From: a virus | DNA length: 64,000 nucleotides | Direction: 5' to 3' (one strand) | IMG/VR virus record: IMGVR_UViG_3300019487_000019 | Location: 119,278 to 183,277 of that record | Part shown: positions 49,532-58,203 of the stretch, piece by piece | Numbering within the stretch: position 1 is the first letter of the stretch | How the letters are laid out: each line of letters starts with the position of its first letter | Program-made: the position numbers and the translations under genes | Notes under the pieces: model-generated | Told to the model about the DNA's origin: nothing | Database searches by the model: none | Seen by the model: only the letters and a program-made list of their open reading frames with translations

Positions 49532-51940
49532 ATGTCGAACGCTGTTCCTATCAAAGGTGAAACAGACAAAGAACTGGGTGCTCAGTTTGCGCCTCTTTCT
49601 GTTTCCGCACAGCTGATTCCAAATCTCACGGTAAGCATTCGTGCAGGTTCATTCTGGAATGCTGATAATGAAGTTGTGGAATTTCCAGGTGGTAATTCAC
49701 CGGCAATTGCAGCTCCAGGTTCCCTAAATCGTTGGACATTGGTCTCATTGAACGCAGCTGGTTCCGTTGTACTAACGCACGGCACATCATCAGCAGCACC
49801 AGCCATCCCAGCTCCACCAACAGGCAACTTGCCATTGGCGGCTGTATATATGACCTCAGCAACTACCCAAATTACTTCTGTGGTAATCATGGATGTACGT
49901 CCTCAGAACCGCGTTGTTGCTGATCCAACAGCAGCACTTGTTGACTACCCAACGTTTACAGATATGAACAACGCTCTTGCGTTGAAAGCAGACGTTGACG
50001 GTACACCAAACTCACAGTTCTACATGAACAAGGGAGCAGCAGGTCCTGCAAACGCACTGTTCTCAATTGATCGTGGCGCTTCAGTCGATGTTTCGATTCG
50101 TTGGAATGAGGCAACAGACAAGTGGCAGTTTACAAACGACGGCACAACGTTCGTTGATATGGCATCGGTTTCTGGCTCATTCATGCCAATTCAAGGTGCA
50201 GCTGTTTCTGGTAATGTTGGCACATTCAACGGTGTTGGTGAAATCATTGACAGTGGTACAGCTCTAACAGCCCTAGCAACTGATGTAGAAATCGCAACAA
50301 AACTTGATGATTTCGTAGGTGTAAACGGCAACGTGGTCGTAGTTGCGGGTCTTGGTACAGCGCTAGCAGATGGTGGTATTGCACTTTCAGCTCTTGCAAC
50401 AGATGCTGAAGTTGCAGCTCTTGATGCCCTCGTTGTTCACCTCGCTGGCACAGAAACAATCACAGGCACCAAAACGTTCTCAGCAGCACCAACATTTGCA
50501 AATGCAGGTAATTCGTTCATCAACTTCACAAAAGGTGCAGCAAGCGATGCGGGTATCCACGTCGATCGTGGCGTAGACCCATTTGCACTACTCGAGTGGG
50601 ATGAAACAACGGACCAGTGGATTGCAGGCGTCAACGGCTCAGCATTCCCAATTCTTACAGCCGAGAACCTGGCACTTGATGATCTAACAGACGTAGTTCT
50701 TACTGCACCAGCAACAAACAATGTCCTACAATACAATGGTACAGACTGGGTCAACACAGCCAAGATAACACTGGCGGCTGGAACAGCAGCACTTCCTGCA
50801 TACACGTTTGCATCAGATGCAACCAAAGGTACGTACGACAGTGGCGCCGGTCGAGTGAGTATCGCAATTGCGGGTGCCGAAAAAGTTCGTTTTGACGCTG
50901 GTGGTGTAACGACATTTTCCGGCTACGCACAAGGCGGTGTTGGTGGCATGGCTCTGTGGCACACAGCAACTCCAGCAGTCGGCGTCACGCTGGCTGCCGG
51001 CAACGTTGCAATGACTAATGGTGCAAACTCAATTACAGTTAGCCCGGTAGGTGTTGCGTTCACAGGCACAGTAACACTGCCAGGTGGTGGTTCACCCGTA
51101 GCAACAACACGTGCTATTAATACGACTGTCGGTGATCTAACAGGTGGTGGTGATCTTTCAGCCGATCGTACATTATCGCTAGCAACAACAGCAGTCATTC
51201 CAGGTGCATTCGGCTCAGCCACAGCAGTTGGTACGTTTACGGTTGATACGAAGGGTCGTTTGACAGCAGCTGGTGCCACACCAATCGCGATCCTCGGTGG
51301 ACAGCTCACGATTGCTGGAACGAGCGGTAACGTTGTATCGTTGAACGGTTCTAACAATCCAGTTGACAGCGGCATTGAAGCTGTTGACGTATTCTTAAGG
51401 GACGGCTCTGTTCTAGCAGTTGATCCGTTCGATATGAATGGAAACGGCTTTTACAATGTCGTCTTTGTAGACGGCAAGAACGATAGCACTATGGCAATTA
51501 CTGCTGGAACAAACGGGGGTGGCACAACGAGCGGTAACAACGTGTTCGTTCGTGGTGGCCCAGCTGTAAACGGCATGGGTGGTGGCGTATTGCTCTTCGG
51601 TCGCGACGGTGCTGGCGTAGATCAGGATGGTGGTAGTGTGCTGGTGTTCACGGGTGCAAAAACTGGTCTTGGTTCTCCTGGCTACTTTGAAGTCGGTACT
51701 CCTGCAGGTCAGTCGTTGAAAGTCACGGGCGTTGGTAACGTTGTCCTAGGTTTGACAACAGATCCAATCGCAGCAACTGATGGTTTCCCATATATTCCGT
51801 TCACAACAACGGCTGGTACACCATCAGGCACACCAACAGCAGTAGCTGGATTTGCACCAATGATCGCTCAGGACGATGGTGGTGTATTCACACTGTGGAT
51901 CTACATGAGTGGTGCTTGGAGGGCTGCAACTCTTGTGTAA
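49532..51940 (+). CDS. virion structural/tail fibre-like protein
   Basis: Late promoter; Gly/Ala/Thr-rich; fibre motifs (VVHLAGTETITGTKTF, LDDLTDV...NVLQYNGTDW, TVDTKGRLTAA). Confidence 0.7.
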   Translation: MSNAVPIKGETDKELGAQFAPLSVSAQLIPNLTVSIRAGSFWNADNEVVEFPGGNSPAIAAPGSLNRWTLVSLNAAGSVVLTHGTSSAAPAIPAPPTGNLPLAAVYMTSATTQITSVVIMDVRPQNRVVADPTAALVDYPTFTDMNNALALKADVDGTPNSQFYMNKGAAGPANALFSIDRGASVDVSIRWNEATDKWQFTNDGTTFVDMASVSGSFMPIQGAAVSGNVGTFNGVGEIIDSGTALTALATDVEIATKLDDFVGVNGNVVVVAGLGTALADGGIALSALATDAEVAALDALVVHLAGTETITGTKTFSAAPTFANAGNSFINFTKGAASDAGIHVDRGVDPFALLEWDETTDQWIAGVNGSAFPILTAENLALDDLTDVVLTAPATNNVLQYNGTDWVNTAKITLAAGTAALPAYTFASDATKGTYDSGAGRVSIAIAGAEKVRFDAGGVTTFSGYAQGGVGGMALWHTATPAVGVTLAAGNVAMTNGANSITVSPVGVAFTGTVTLPGGGSPVATTRAINTTVGDLTGGGDLSADRTLSLATTAVIPGAFGSATAVGTFTVDTKGRLTAAGATPIAILGGQLTIAGTSGNVVSLNGSNNPVDSGIEAVDVFLRDGSVLAVDPFDMNGNGFYNVVFVDGKNDSTMAITAGTNGGGTTSGNNVFVRGGPAVNGMGGGVLLFGRDGAGVDQDGGSVLVFTGAKTGLGSPGYFEVGTPAGQSLKVTGVGNVVLGLTTDPIAATDGFPYIPFTTTAGTPSGTPTAVAGFAPMIAQDDGGVFTLWIYMSGAWRAATLV

Positions 51941-51962
51941 TTTCCTGTTCGGGACGGGAAAG

Positions 51963-51990
51963 AGGCCGGCGAAAGTCGGCCTTTTTATTT
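51963..51990 (+). terminator. intrinsic terminator
   Basis: AGGCCGGC-GAAA-GTCGGCCT followed by TTTTATTT. Confidence 0.85.
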
Positions 51991-51994
51991 GGCA

Positions 51995-52408
51995 TTATCC
52001 GTGAACGGTGATCGTGTCGTATAGCACTTTGACTTTGACCATGCGATACTCAGTCGCATCGAGCCCATCAACTTCAAGAGACGGGACATAACAGTTGTGC
52101 ATGGTGTAGTACAGATCAGGAACTATGCAAATGAATTTTGGAGCAAGTCCTTCACGCTGGCCTTCCATCTGGTCCTCCAATAGACGAAACAGCGTTGATG
52201 TTGGTTCATCAATGGAGCAAGGGTCGTCTTGGACCAGACCAAAGGTAATTTCAACTGGCTCGTACGTGTGTCGTCCCGGAAGCGTAATACGACCATTGTA
52301 TTGCTCAATCTCAACCATTTCTATGGAAACGCGCGGTACGCTAACGCCCAAAACGTTAAATCGACGATAGGTCATAAGCTGACCTAAGTGAAGGAAGTCG
52401 ATAATCAT
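51995..52408 (-). CDS. compact tail-tube (gp19-like) paralogue
   Basis: PRVSIEMVEIEQYNGRITLPGRHTYEPVEITF...HNCY...VKVLYD. Confidence 0.6.
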   Translation of the reverse strand: MIIDFLHLGQLMTYRRFNVLGVSVPRVSIEMVEIEQYNGRITLPGRHTYEPVEITFGLVQDDPCSIDEPTSTLFRLLEDQMEGQREGLAPKFICIVPDLYYTMHNCYVPSLEVDGLDATEYRMVKVKVLYDTITVHG

Positions 52409-52857
52409 TCGTATGGGAGCTCCACTAATTCCACACCCATTTCTTGTGCATAGGTCCTAACACGAACAAACGCATCGCCCCATCGTGTGAGTTGTTCAGG
52501 GGTTGCTTGTGGAGCTACAAAACGAACAATACCTCGCTGTACCATTTGTACAAAGCAGCGATCACACGACATAAACGGCCATGTATACAGCGTATAACCG
52601 TGTAGAGCTTCCCTTGCAAAGTCAGCCGCATTCACTTCGCAGTGAATGATACGGCTGTATTTCTCGTCTCGATTTGAATATAGTTCAGGTAAATCGGGCA
52701 TTTTTTGGGGGAACCCGTTGAAACCAACGGAACAAACGCTACGGTCGGAACGAACGATTACAGCACCAGTTTTTGTGCTTGGATCCTTGGAACGACTAGC
52801 AATATACTTCGCCATTCCAAGGTAGAATTCGTCCCACGATTCGCGTTTTTCTGTCAT
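52405..52857 (-). CDS. cd: dCMP deaminase
   Basis: RSKDPSTKTGAVIV, GFNGFP, HCEVNA, SCDRC. Confidence 0.92.
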   Translation of the reverse strand: MTEKRESWDEFYLGMAKYIASRSKDPSTKTGAVIVRSDRSVCSVGFNGFPQKMPDLPELYSNRDEKYSRIIHCEVNAADFAREALHGYTLYTWPFMSCDRCFVQMVQRGIVRFVAPQATPEQLTRWGDAFVRVRTYAQEMGVELVELPYE

Positions 52858-53198
52858 TATTTGTCCTCGCCCTCCGCATCGAGCGGATCGCGCAATTTCC
52901 CTTCAATCAGCGTTTCGTATAGTGTTTCGAAATGCCGGTTTTCTTCTTGGAGCGATGTGTAATTGTGTTTGTACATCGTTTTTGCGAGCTTACTGATAAC
53001 TTTTCGTTCAATACCAGTTTGTGTCGCCGCGTCACCAATCGCTTCCTTGATCAATTCTTTCTTCCGGTCGATCTCCTGAAGATGTTCTGTAATCGTAACC
53101 AAAACTGTCTTGAATTTCTTCCGCTCGTCCTGATTGTTCACCACTTTGTTGACGGATTGTTCCGTCGAGGGTTTCGCTTGTTTCTTGAATTTTGCCAT
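52857..53198 (-). CDS. dsDNA-binding protein (DsbA/GapR-like)
   Basis: GGAGG RBS; IDRKKELIKEAI...IERKVISKLAKTMYK...FETLYE. Confidence 0.65.
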   Translation of the reverse strand: MAKFKKQAKPSTEQSVNKVVNNQDERKKFKTVLVTITEHLQEIDRKKELIKEAIGDAATQTGIERKVISKLAKTMYKHNYTSLQEENRHFETLYETLIEGKLRDPLDAEGEDK

Positions 53199-53895
53199 TA
53201 TTATTTTCCTCCTGGGCAATGATTGTATCTTCTATATCATTTTGTGGTTTGTCAAGCTCTGCGTTGAGTGCAACAACGACAGGTGTCCACTGACGCACAT
53301 CGGAAACGTATTTTGCGCGTGGGGCTTCCTTACGCTTCAAAGCATTTCCAATACCCATATTATAGGCAGCAACAGCTCGAGCCCATTCACTTTGAACCAT
53401 GTCAAGATACTGAACAAATAGCGTGATCCCTAACCGAATGTTCAACTTCGGATTCGTCAGCAAAAGTTTGATGATTTCTTTATCGTGAATTTGTGAAAGC
53501 GATCGATCACCAAAGAATTGTTGCCGAAGCGAATCATTGTCGCGAAACAGAACACGAGCAGTTGGTACAGTCAACTGCATTAGACCATACGATCGGCGTG
53601 AAGGATGTGCAGTTGGAAGTCCAATACTTCCGCCTGTTCCCGCACGGGTTTCGACCATCATAATCGCTTGGAGTGTTTGTAGGTGTTGAGAAACACCCAT
53701 CTCAACAACGACTTCTCGTAGTAGTTTCAGATTGCTGACCGCAACGCTGGTAAAAGTGTAGTCCGTAGTTTTCTTCTTTGTCTGAACTGACACAATAATC
53801 GAACCATCTTCGAGAGTTTGTGCTGAAACTGTTGGACTAGCCAGCACAACAAAGGTGGCAAGTAGCATCACGGTGAGGTAGTTGGACGTGTTCAT
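53032..53895 (-). CDS. secreted lytic transglycosylase (SLT domain)
   Basis: Signal peptide; AIMMVET, SYGLMQL, AYNMG. Confidence 0.88.
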   Translation of the reverse strand: MNTSNYLTVMLLATFVVLASPTVSAQTLEDGSIIVSVQTKKKTTDYTFTSVAVSNLKLLREVVVEMGVSQHLQTLQAIMMVETRAGTGGSIGLPTAHPSRRSYGLMQLTVPTARVLFRDNDSLRQQFFGDRSLSQIHDKEIIKLLLTNPKLNIRLGITLFVQYLDMVQSEWARAVAAYNMGIGNALKRKEAPRAKYVSDVRQWTPVVVALNAELDKPQNDIEDTIIAQEENNNGKIQETSETLDGTIRQQSGEQSGRAEEIQDSFGYDYRTSSGDRPEERIDQGSDW

Positions 53896-53949
53896 ACGTC
53901 ATCTCCTTTCAGAGTAAACAATTGCCTCACAGTTTTACAACTGAGTGCA

Positions 53950-53979
53950 ATCTTACACTAAAGTCGCCCTAAAGAGCAA
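53950..53979 (-). promoter_or_regulatory. sigma70-like promoter upstream of SLT, followed by a leader hairpin
   Basis: TTGCTC-N18-TAAGAT; hairpin at 53922-53950. Confidence 0.45.
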
Positions 53980-53996
53980 CTGTTTATTACCCTTTA

Positions 53997-54617
53997 CTAC
54001 TTGATATCCCTGAACCAGGTGGTATAATCGCCTGGAAATTGTTGTGGATTGTAAAGGAGCGGAATTTGTGTGGCCGTGTGAAAACGTACTTGGAAAAGAT
54101 CACCGACCAAAATTTCCGTAGTCATGTTGATGAAGTGTGGTGCAGCGGGGAAGACGATTAATGTTCCTCGTTGGGGATTGAAGCCAAACCTATGTTGCGG
54201 AAATTCTAGTTTGCCTCCATACACTTCATAATCTTTCTCGAACGGAACCTTATCTTGATAATCGCACAAAAAAATCACGCATGTTAAATCTCGTTGTGCA
54301 ACACGCAACCATTTATTACGCAAAAACTTACTATTTCCGCACAGGAATTCACCCTTTGCGGTTTCTGGAAACCACTCAAAGTCCATTGCTTCTGTCCCTT
54401 TGTAAAGGTTTTGGTAATGGGCTTGGATTTCTGGAATTGTGTGAAGAAATCGTTCGTAAATGATCGCTTGTCCGCGTTCACAACGCCTTGTAGTCTTTAC
54501 AGGATTTTCGTCTTTATCGGTATCAGGAACATTGAAGTCGGCCATATCAATAATTTCCTCACACAAATATGGTGAGAGGAATTCTTGAACAACATAGAAT
54601 GGCGATTTGATGATCAT
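53997..54617 (-). CDS. 2OG-Fe(II) oxygenase-fold protein (metal ligands appear degenerate)
   Basis: EFLSPYLCEEII, RDLTCVIFL, YGGKLEFP, PQRGTLIVFP. Confidence 0.7.
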   Translation of the reverse strand: MIIKSPFYVVQEFLSPYLCEEIIDMADFNVPDTDKDENPVKTTRRCERGQAIIYERFLHTIPEIQAHYQNLYKGTEAMDFEWFPETAKGEFLCGNSKFLRNKWLRVAQRDLTCVIFLCDYQDKVPFEKDYEVYGGKLEFPQHRFGFNPQRGTLIVFPAAPHFINMTTEILVGDLFQVRFHTATQIPLLYNPQQFPGDYTTWFRDIK

Positions 54618-55180
54618 TTTAACCTACGAACAACCTCGGTGCGGAAAAGCTCTAGAAATTCTTGCAGCGTGAGTTGTGCTTCTGCAAGGACTGCAATCGC
54701 CTTCATTACTTCATCCTCACGCATTTCTGGATTCGGTACCATTTGTTTTTCGGGAGCCGATTGTTCTTGTGATTGTTCTTGTGAGCCGCCCTTACTAACA
54801 TCAACGACGAAGTTGCCGGCTTTAAGCACGTTCTGACCAAGCAGAACAGGTGTGTCCATATTCGACCGATCGTTGAGATTGAATGTGATGCCTTGAAGTG
54901 GTGTACCATCAATTTCAAGGTCGAGCTTGACCATCGGACGATCCTGTGCGCCACCATCAGCGGAGTGAACTTCCTGGTTGCCGACAAGGTCCATAGTGAA
55001 TTGCTTATCACCAAGCGGCTTTGAACGGAACGAAACCTGACCATTATGGGCCTGAATTTGGTCGGCATGAAGCGAAGATGTTGTTGCCCCACTATCGACT
55101 TTTGCGTCAACTTCTGTATCGCCAAGCGACGTGAACCTAATTTTGGCGGTATCGCCAAGAGTACGCTGATTGTCCATCAC
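54614..55180 (-). CDS. retropepsin-like aspartic protease (RimK-associated type)
   Basis: AKVDSGATTSSLHA, RPMV, FNLNDRSNM..PVLLG. Confidence 0.85.
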   Translation of the reverse strand: MMDNQRTLGDTAKIRFTSLGDTEVDAKVDSGATTSSLHADQIQAHNGQVSFRSKPLGDKQFTMDLVGNQEVHSADGGAQDRPMVKLDLEIDGTPLQGITFNLNDRSNMDTPVLLGQNVLKAGNFVVDVSKGGSQEQSQEQSAPEKQMVPNPEMREDEVMKAIAVLAEAQLTLQEFLELFRTEVVRRLK

Positions 55181-55186
55181 AAACTC

Positions 55187-55849
55187 CTATTTTTTGGTGT
55201 TGTGGTAGGTATTTATGCGGAGGATTAGGGGTTGAATCCAGTTCTCTACACGCTCCTTGAACACAAGAGGAACCATTCCCTTCTCGACCGACATGATGAT
55301 AACAATGTTGTCGATTTGGATGTCGTACATCTCGTGAAACATCAGTGCATAGGCGGTAGTTTGAAGGTAATAGTCCTCAATCATTGACTTGTACTTGTCG
55401 TTTGTTGACGTTTTGAAGTCGACAACTGCAATCGTCCCTTCCCAATCTGCAATACAGTCAACTCGACCAGCAAGCTTCAGGGAATCACTGTACAGAGCAG
55501 CTTCTTGTACGTAAATGTTGTTGACGCTCTTTAGTTTTAGGCGAACAGAATTGAACTCACCGACGTGATCGGGAAATTGTTCAAACGTTGGATTGGGGTC
55601 GTTGGCGAGATGTTTCTCGATCATTTTGTGAACGGCTTCACCACGATCAGCTGTTCGTTTTTTCTCGAAATCTGCCCGGAATTCACCTAGACTCTGTCGC
55701 CAATCGTTAAGCCATGGCTTTTCTTTTGCATCTAAAACAGTCGTCACAGACGGATAAACATTTCCGGCAGGAGTTGTATAGAAACGGCCCTTGGATGTTG
55801 TTTCAACGTCGAGATTAACGGGTATAATTTTATTATTATGGATGAACAC
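55187..55849 (-). CDS. PD-(D/E)XK exonuclease (Cas4-like)
   Basis: YPSVTTVL, RGEAVH, LAGRVDCI, VDFKTS, YYLQTTAYA. Confidence 0.9.
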   Translation of the reverse strand: MFIHNNKIIPVNLDVETTSKGRFYTTPAGNVYPSVTTVLDAKEKPWLNDWRQSLGEFRADFEKKRTADRGEAVHKMIEKHLANDPNPTFEQFPDHVGEFNSVRLKLKSVNNIYVQEAALYSDSLKLAGRVDCIADWEGTIAVVDFKTSTNDKYKSMIEDYYLQTTAYALMFHEMYDIQIDNIVIIMSVEKGMVPLVFKERVENWIQPLILRINTYHNTKK

Positions 55850-56472
55850 TAACCTTGCCCTGGTGTTGCCGCTCCGGAACTACCTGGTGTTGATACTGTA
55901 GAGGCTTTGCCCTTAGCGGCGTCTTCTTTCGCCTTAGCATCCTCCTCTGCCTTGAGTTTAGGCAACAGTTGTTTTTTGGCCCGGCCAATGTTTGTTAGTT
56001 CGGCATCTTCGGGACGATTTTTATTCAACTTTCGTGCATTTACGGCTGCTTCACGGGCTGAAAGTTCAGCCATTTGTACACTTGCGGCATCCATTTCTGC
56101 TAGAAATTGTTTGAATGATAACATAGCTTCCTCACTTACCTTTCGAAGTTTATATGCGTCCGGATGTCCCGGCGTATCTCGAACAACATTACGGTACATT
56201 TCTTTATATTCGTCTTGACTGTAGGCCGAATATGGTTTACTTGTTAGAGGATGTTTCATTCGAGACACTTGTCCAGACATCCAACCATGAAACTCATTGA
56301 AATTGAAACCAGAATGCAATTCTTTGAATCGTTTCGTTAGCTTAGTAAGCTCTTCTTTTGGTGGAAATGTTCGAAAGGCCCGTGCGGCACTCGCCCCCCT
56401 TTGGGCGGCACGTGAACGTTTCTTCGTCCACTTTGGTTGGGAAACGGACGGAACGACATGACCACGACGCAT
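55849..56472 (-). CDS. hypothetical, probable internal head protein
   Basis: Internal MLSFKQFLAE capsid-targeting-like motif. Confidence 0.55.
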   Translation of the reverse strand: MRRGHVVPSVSQPKWTKKRSRAAQRGASAARAFRTFPPKEELTKLTKRFKELHSGFNFNEFHGWMSGQVSRMKHPLTSKPYSAYSQDEYKEMYRNVVRDTPGHPDAYKLRKVSEEAMLSFKQFLAEMDAASVQMAELSAREAAVNARKLNKNRPEDAELTNIGRAKKQLLPKLKAEEDAKAKEDAAKGKASTVSTPGSSGAATPGQG

Positions 56473-57528
56473 TTACTTGACCCTCTTGAGCAGGAACGCG
56501 GCAAGATGTGATGGTGGGACTCGACCTTTCATCTTGAGAAGCTTACGACCGACCTCTTCCTCCTCCTCGGTCTTTTTCATTCCAAAATCAATTTCTTTAT
56601 CTTCAACAGCAGCTGGTTGTTCATCTCCAGTTTCCCGTTTCCACTGCGCAAGCTTTGCAAGTTGTTTTGTTTCTTTTTTCATTTCATTCTTGCGTTTGAA
56701 ATGATCTTCCATATCGAGCATTTCTTCTTCCTGCTTCACCTTCGCCCGAGAAGAACGTTGACGTGCCTCTTCCTGACGAGCTTCAGCTTCTTTTTGCTTT
56801 GCCATTGCTTCAGCACGACGAGCATCAGCATCCGCTTTCATCATGTCAATTACCTGAATGAGGAGCGATTTTTCATCACCGCCTTCATCAGGAGCGCCGC
56901 CTTCTGGAGCTCCAAGGTCAAGTTGGCCTTCACCGCCCTCGCCACCAGGTGCACCCATATCTGGAGCGCCTTCGGCCCCCGGAGCACCACCTTCGGGTGG
57001 AGCGCCTTCGGCGCCAGGTTGGCCTGCAATAGCTTGGCCTTCTTCCTGATCTTCTTCTACTTCAGGCCAAGCAACATCGAGAATGTTGAAACGATCACGC
57101 AAACGAAAGAGAACCTCAGGAATTTCAGGTGCTTGACCTTCTTCTTCTTCTTCCTTTGCTAGGTGGGCCGCAAGAGCGTTCTCAAATTCATCAGCTTGAT
57201 CGGCTTGAACCGTGACGCGAACGAGCTTTCCATCTTCGTCTTCAAGACCGAACGTTGTTGCATTCTGGCGATCGATTTTGTCTTTCTTCTCGAGAGCTTT
57301 TAGCTTACTGACGACTTCTGTTTGGTCGAAATGTGGATGAGCAGTATCGGCATCTTCGGTAATACGTGTAAACACCTCACGCAGACCAAGGCGGAATTTT
57401 TTAACCTTGTTTTTCTTAACTTTTTGCTTCGAGCGGCTAGAAAGTAGAGGCATTGCAAAACCGCCAATCGCGCCCCCGCCAACAGCTCCCCCTGCCGCAT
57501 CTTCCTCGAGTTTTTTCAGCAAATCCAT
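56473..57528 (-). CDS. hypothetical acidic late protein with Gly/Pro/Glu tract
   Basis: Late promoter at 57560; MDLLKKLEE start. Confidence 0.7.
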   Translation of the reverse strand: MDLLKKLEEDAAGGAVGGGAIGGFAMPLLSSRSKQKVKKNKVKKFRLGLREVFTRITEDADTAHPHFDQTEVVSKLKALEKKDKIDRQNATTFGLEDEDGKLVRVTVQADQADEFENALAAHLAKEEEEEGQAPEIPEVLFRLRDRFNILDVAWPEVEEDQEEGQAIAGQPGAEGAPPEGGAPGAEGAPDMGAPGGEGGEGQLDLGAPEGGAPDEGGDEKSLLIQVIDMMKADADARRAEAMAKQKEAEARQEEARQRSSRAKVKQEEEMLDMEDHFKRKNEMKKETKQLAKLAQWKRETGDEQPAAVEDKEIDFGMKKTEEEEEVGRKLLKMKGRVPPSHLAAFLLKRVK

Positions 57529-57585
57529 AGTGATTGTCCTTATGGGGTTTCGTTCCCATTATTTATGAACAAGCAGGGAAAAGCG

Positions 57586-57894
57586 TCATTCGTCAAGTAG
57601 TTCGAGATTTTCCGGAACGAATGTACGATATTTGAGGTCCATGACAACGCCAGTGGAATGTTCAACCCAGTCTTGGAAGCTAAACATGCGTTTGGTGAAT
57701 GTTTCGCGATATTCTTGATACTGACGATACAAGTTCTGGATCTCACCTTGATCCTCAACATGGAAGTCGCTAATATCGACTGCTTTGACGTTCTTTGTTG
57801 GAATCTCCACCGGCAAGATCGTACGTTCAGTCGTTTCGCCTTCGAGACTAATATAGCGAACGAAATATCGCCCGCCTTCCTCCAGATTACTCAT
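57586..57894 (-). CDS. hypothetical protein (possible WYL-like fold)
   Basis: FVRYISLEGETTERTILP...YRTF. Confidence 0.5.
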   Translation of the reverse strand: MSNLEEGGRYFVRYISLEGETTERTILPVEIPTKNVKAVDISDFHVEDQGEIQNLYRQYQEYRETFTKRMFSFQDWVEHSTGVVMDLKYRTFVPENLELLDE

Positions 57895-58195
57895 TTGCTG
57901 CCCCACCTTCAACGATGACGGTTTCAACAGGAGCAGGTGCTGGTGGGCGTACCGGGGCAAATGCTTCCATACGCTGGATTGCTTCTTTGCGCTCATTAAC
58001 AACGGTATTGTAAATGTCGTTCTGAAGACCACGAAGAGCGGCTTGAACCATTAGCAGTCGAGATTGGGCGTCAGCTTCTTCTTGACGCCATTCGTCCATG
58101 ATTCCAACCATTGAACGAATGTTTTGACTCATTTTTTCAACAACAAACGCTTGTTCGTCAATTGTGAGTGTTTCGGTTTTTCTAACTTGTGGCAT
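57887..58195 (-). CDS. hypothetical protein
   Basis: AGGAG RBS; coiled coil. Confidence 0.7.
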   Translation of the reverse strand: MPQVRKTETLTIDEQAFVVEKMSQNIRSMVGIMDEWRQEEADAQSRLLMVQAALRGLQNDIYNTVVNERKEAIQRMEAFAPVRPPAPAPVETVIVEGGAANE

Positions 58196-58203
58196 GGTAT
58201 CTC

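Noticed and set aside
55187-55849. Cas4 as evidence of CRISPR-Cas
   Set aside because: Stand-alone phage PD-(D/E)XK exonuclease; no cas genes or array in the window
10017-58032. ORF-track upstream starts (11966, 15229, 41943, 42131, 44753, 53219, 58032)
   Set aside because: They overlap real neighbouring genes or promoters; downstream ATGs with RBS or ATGA coupling fit better
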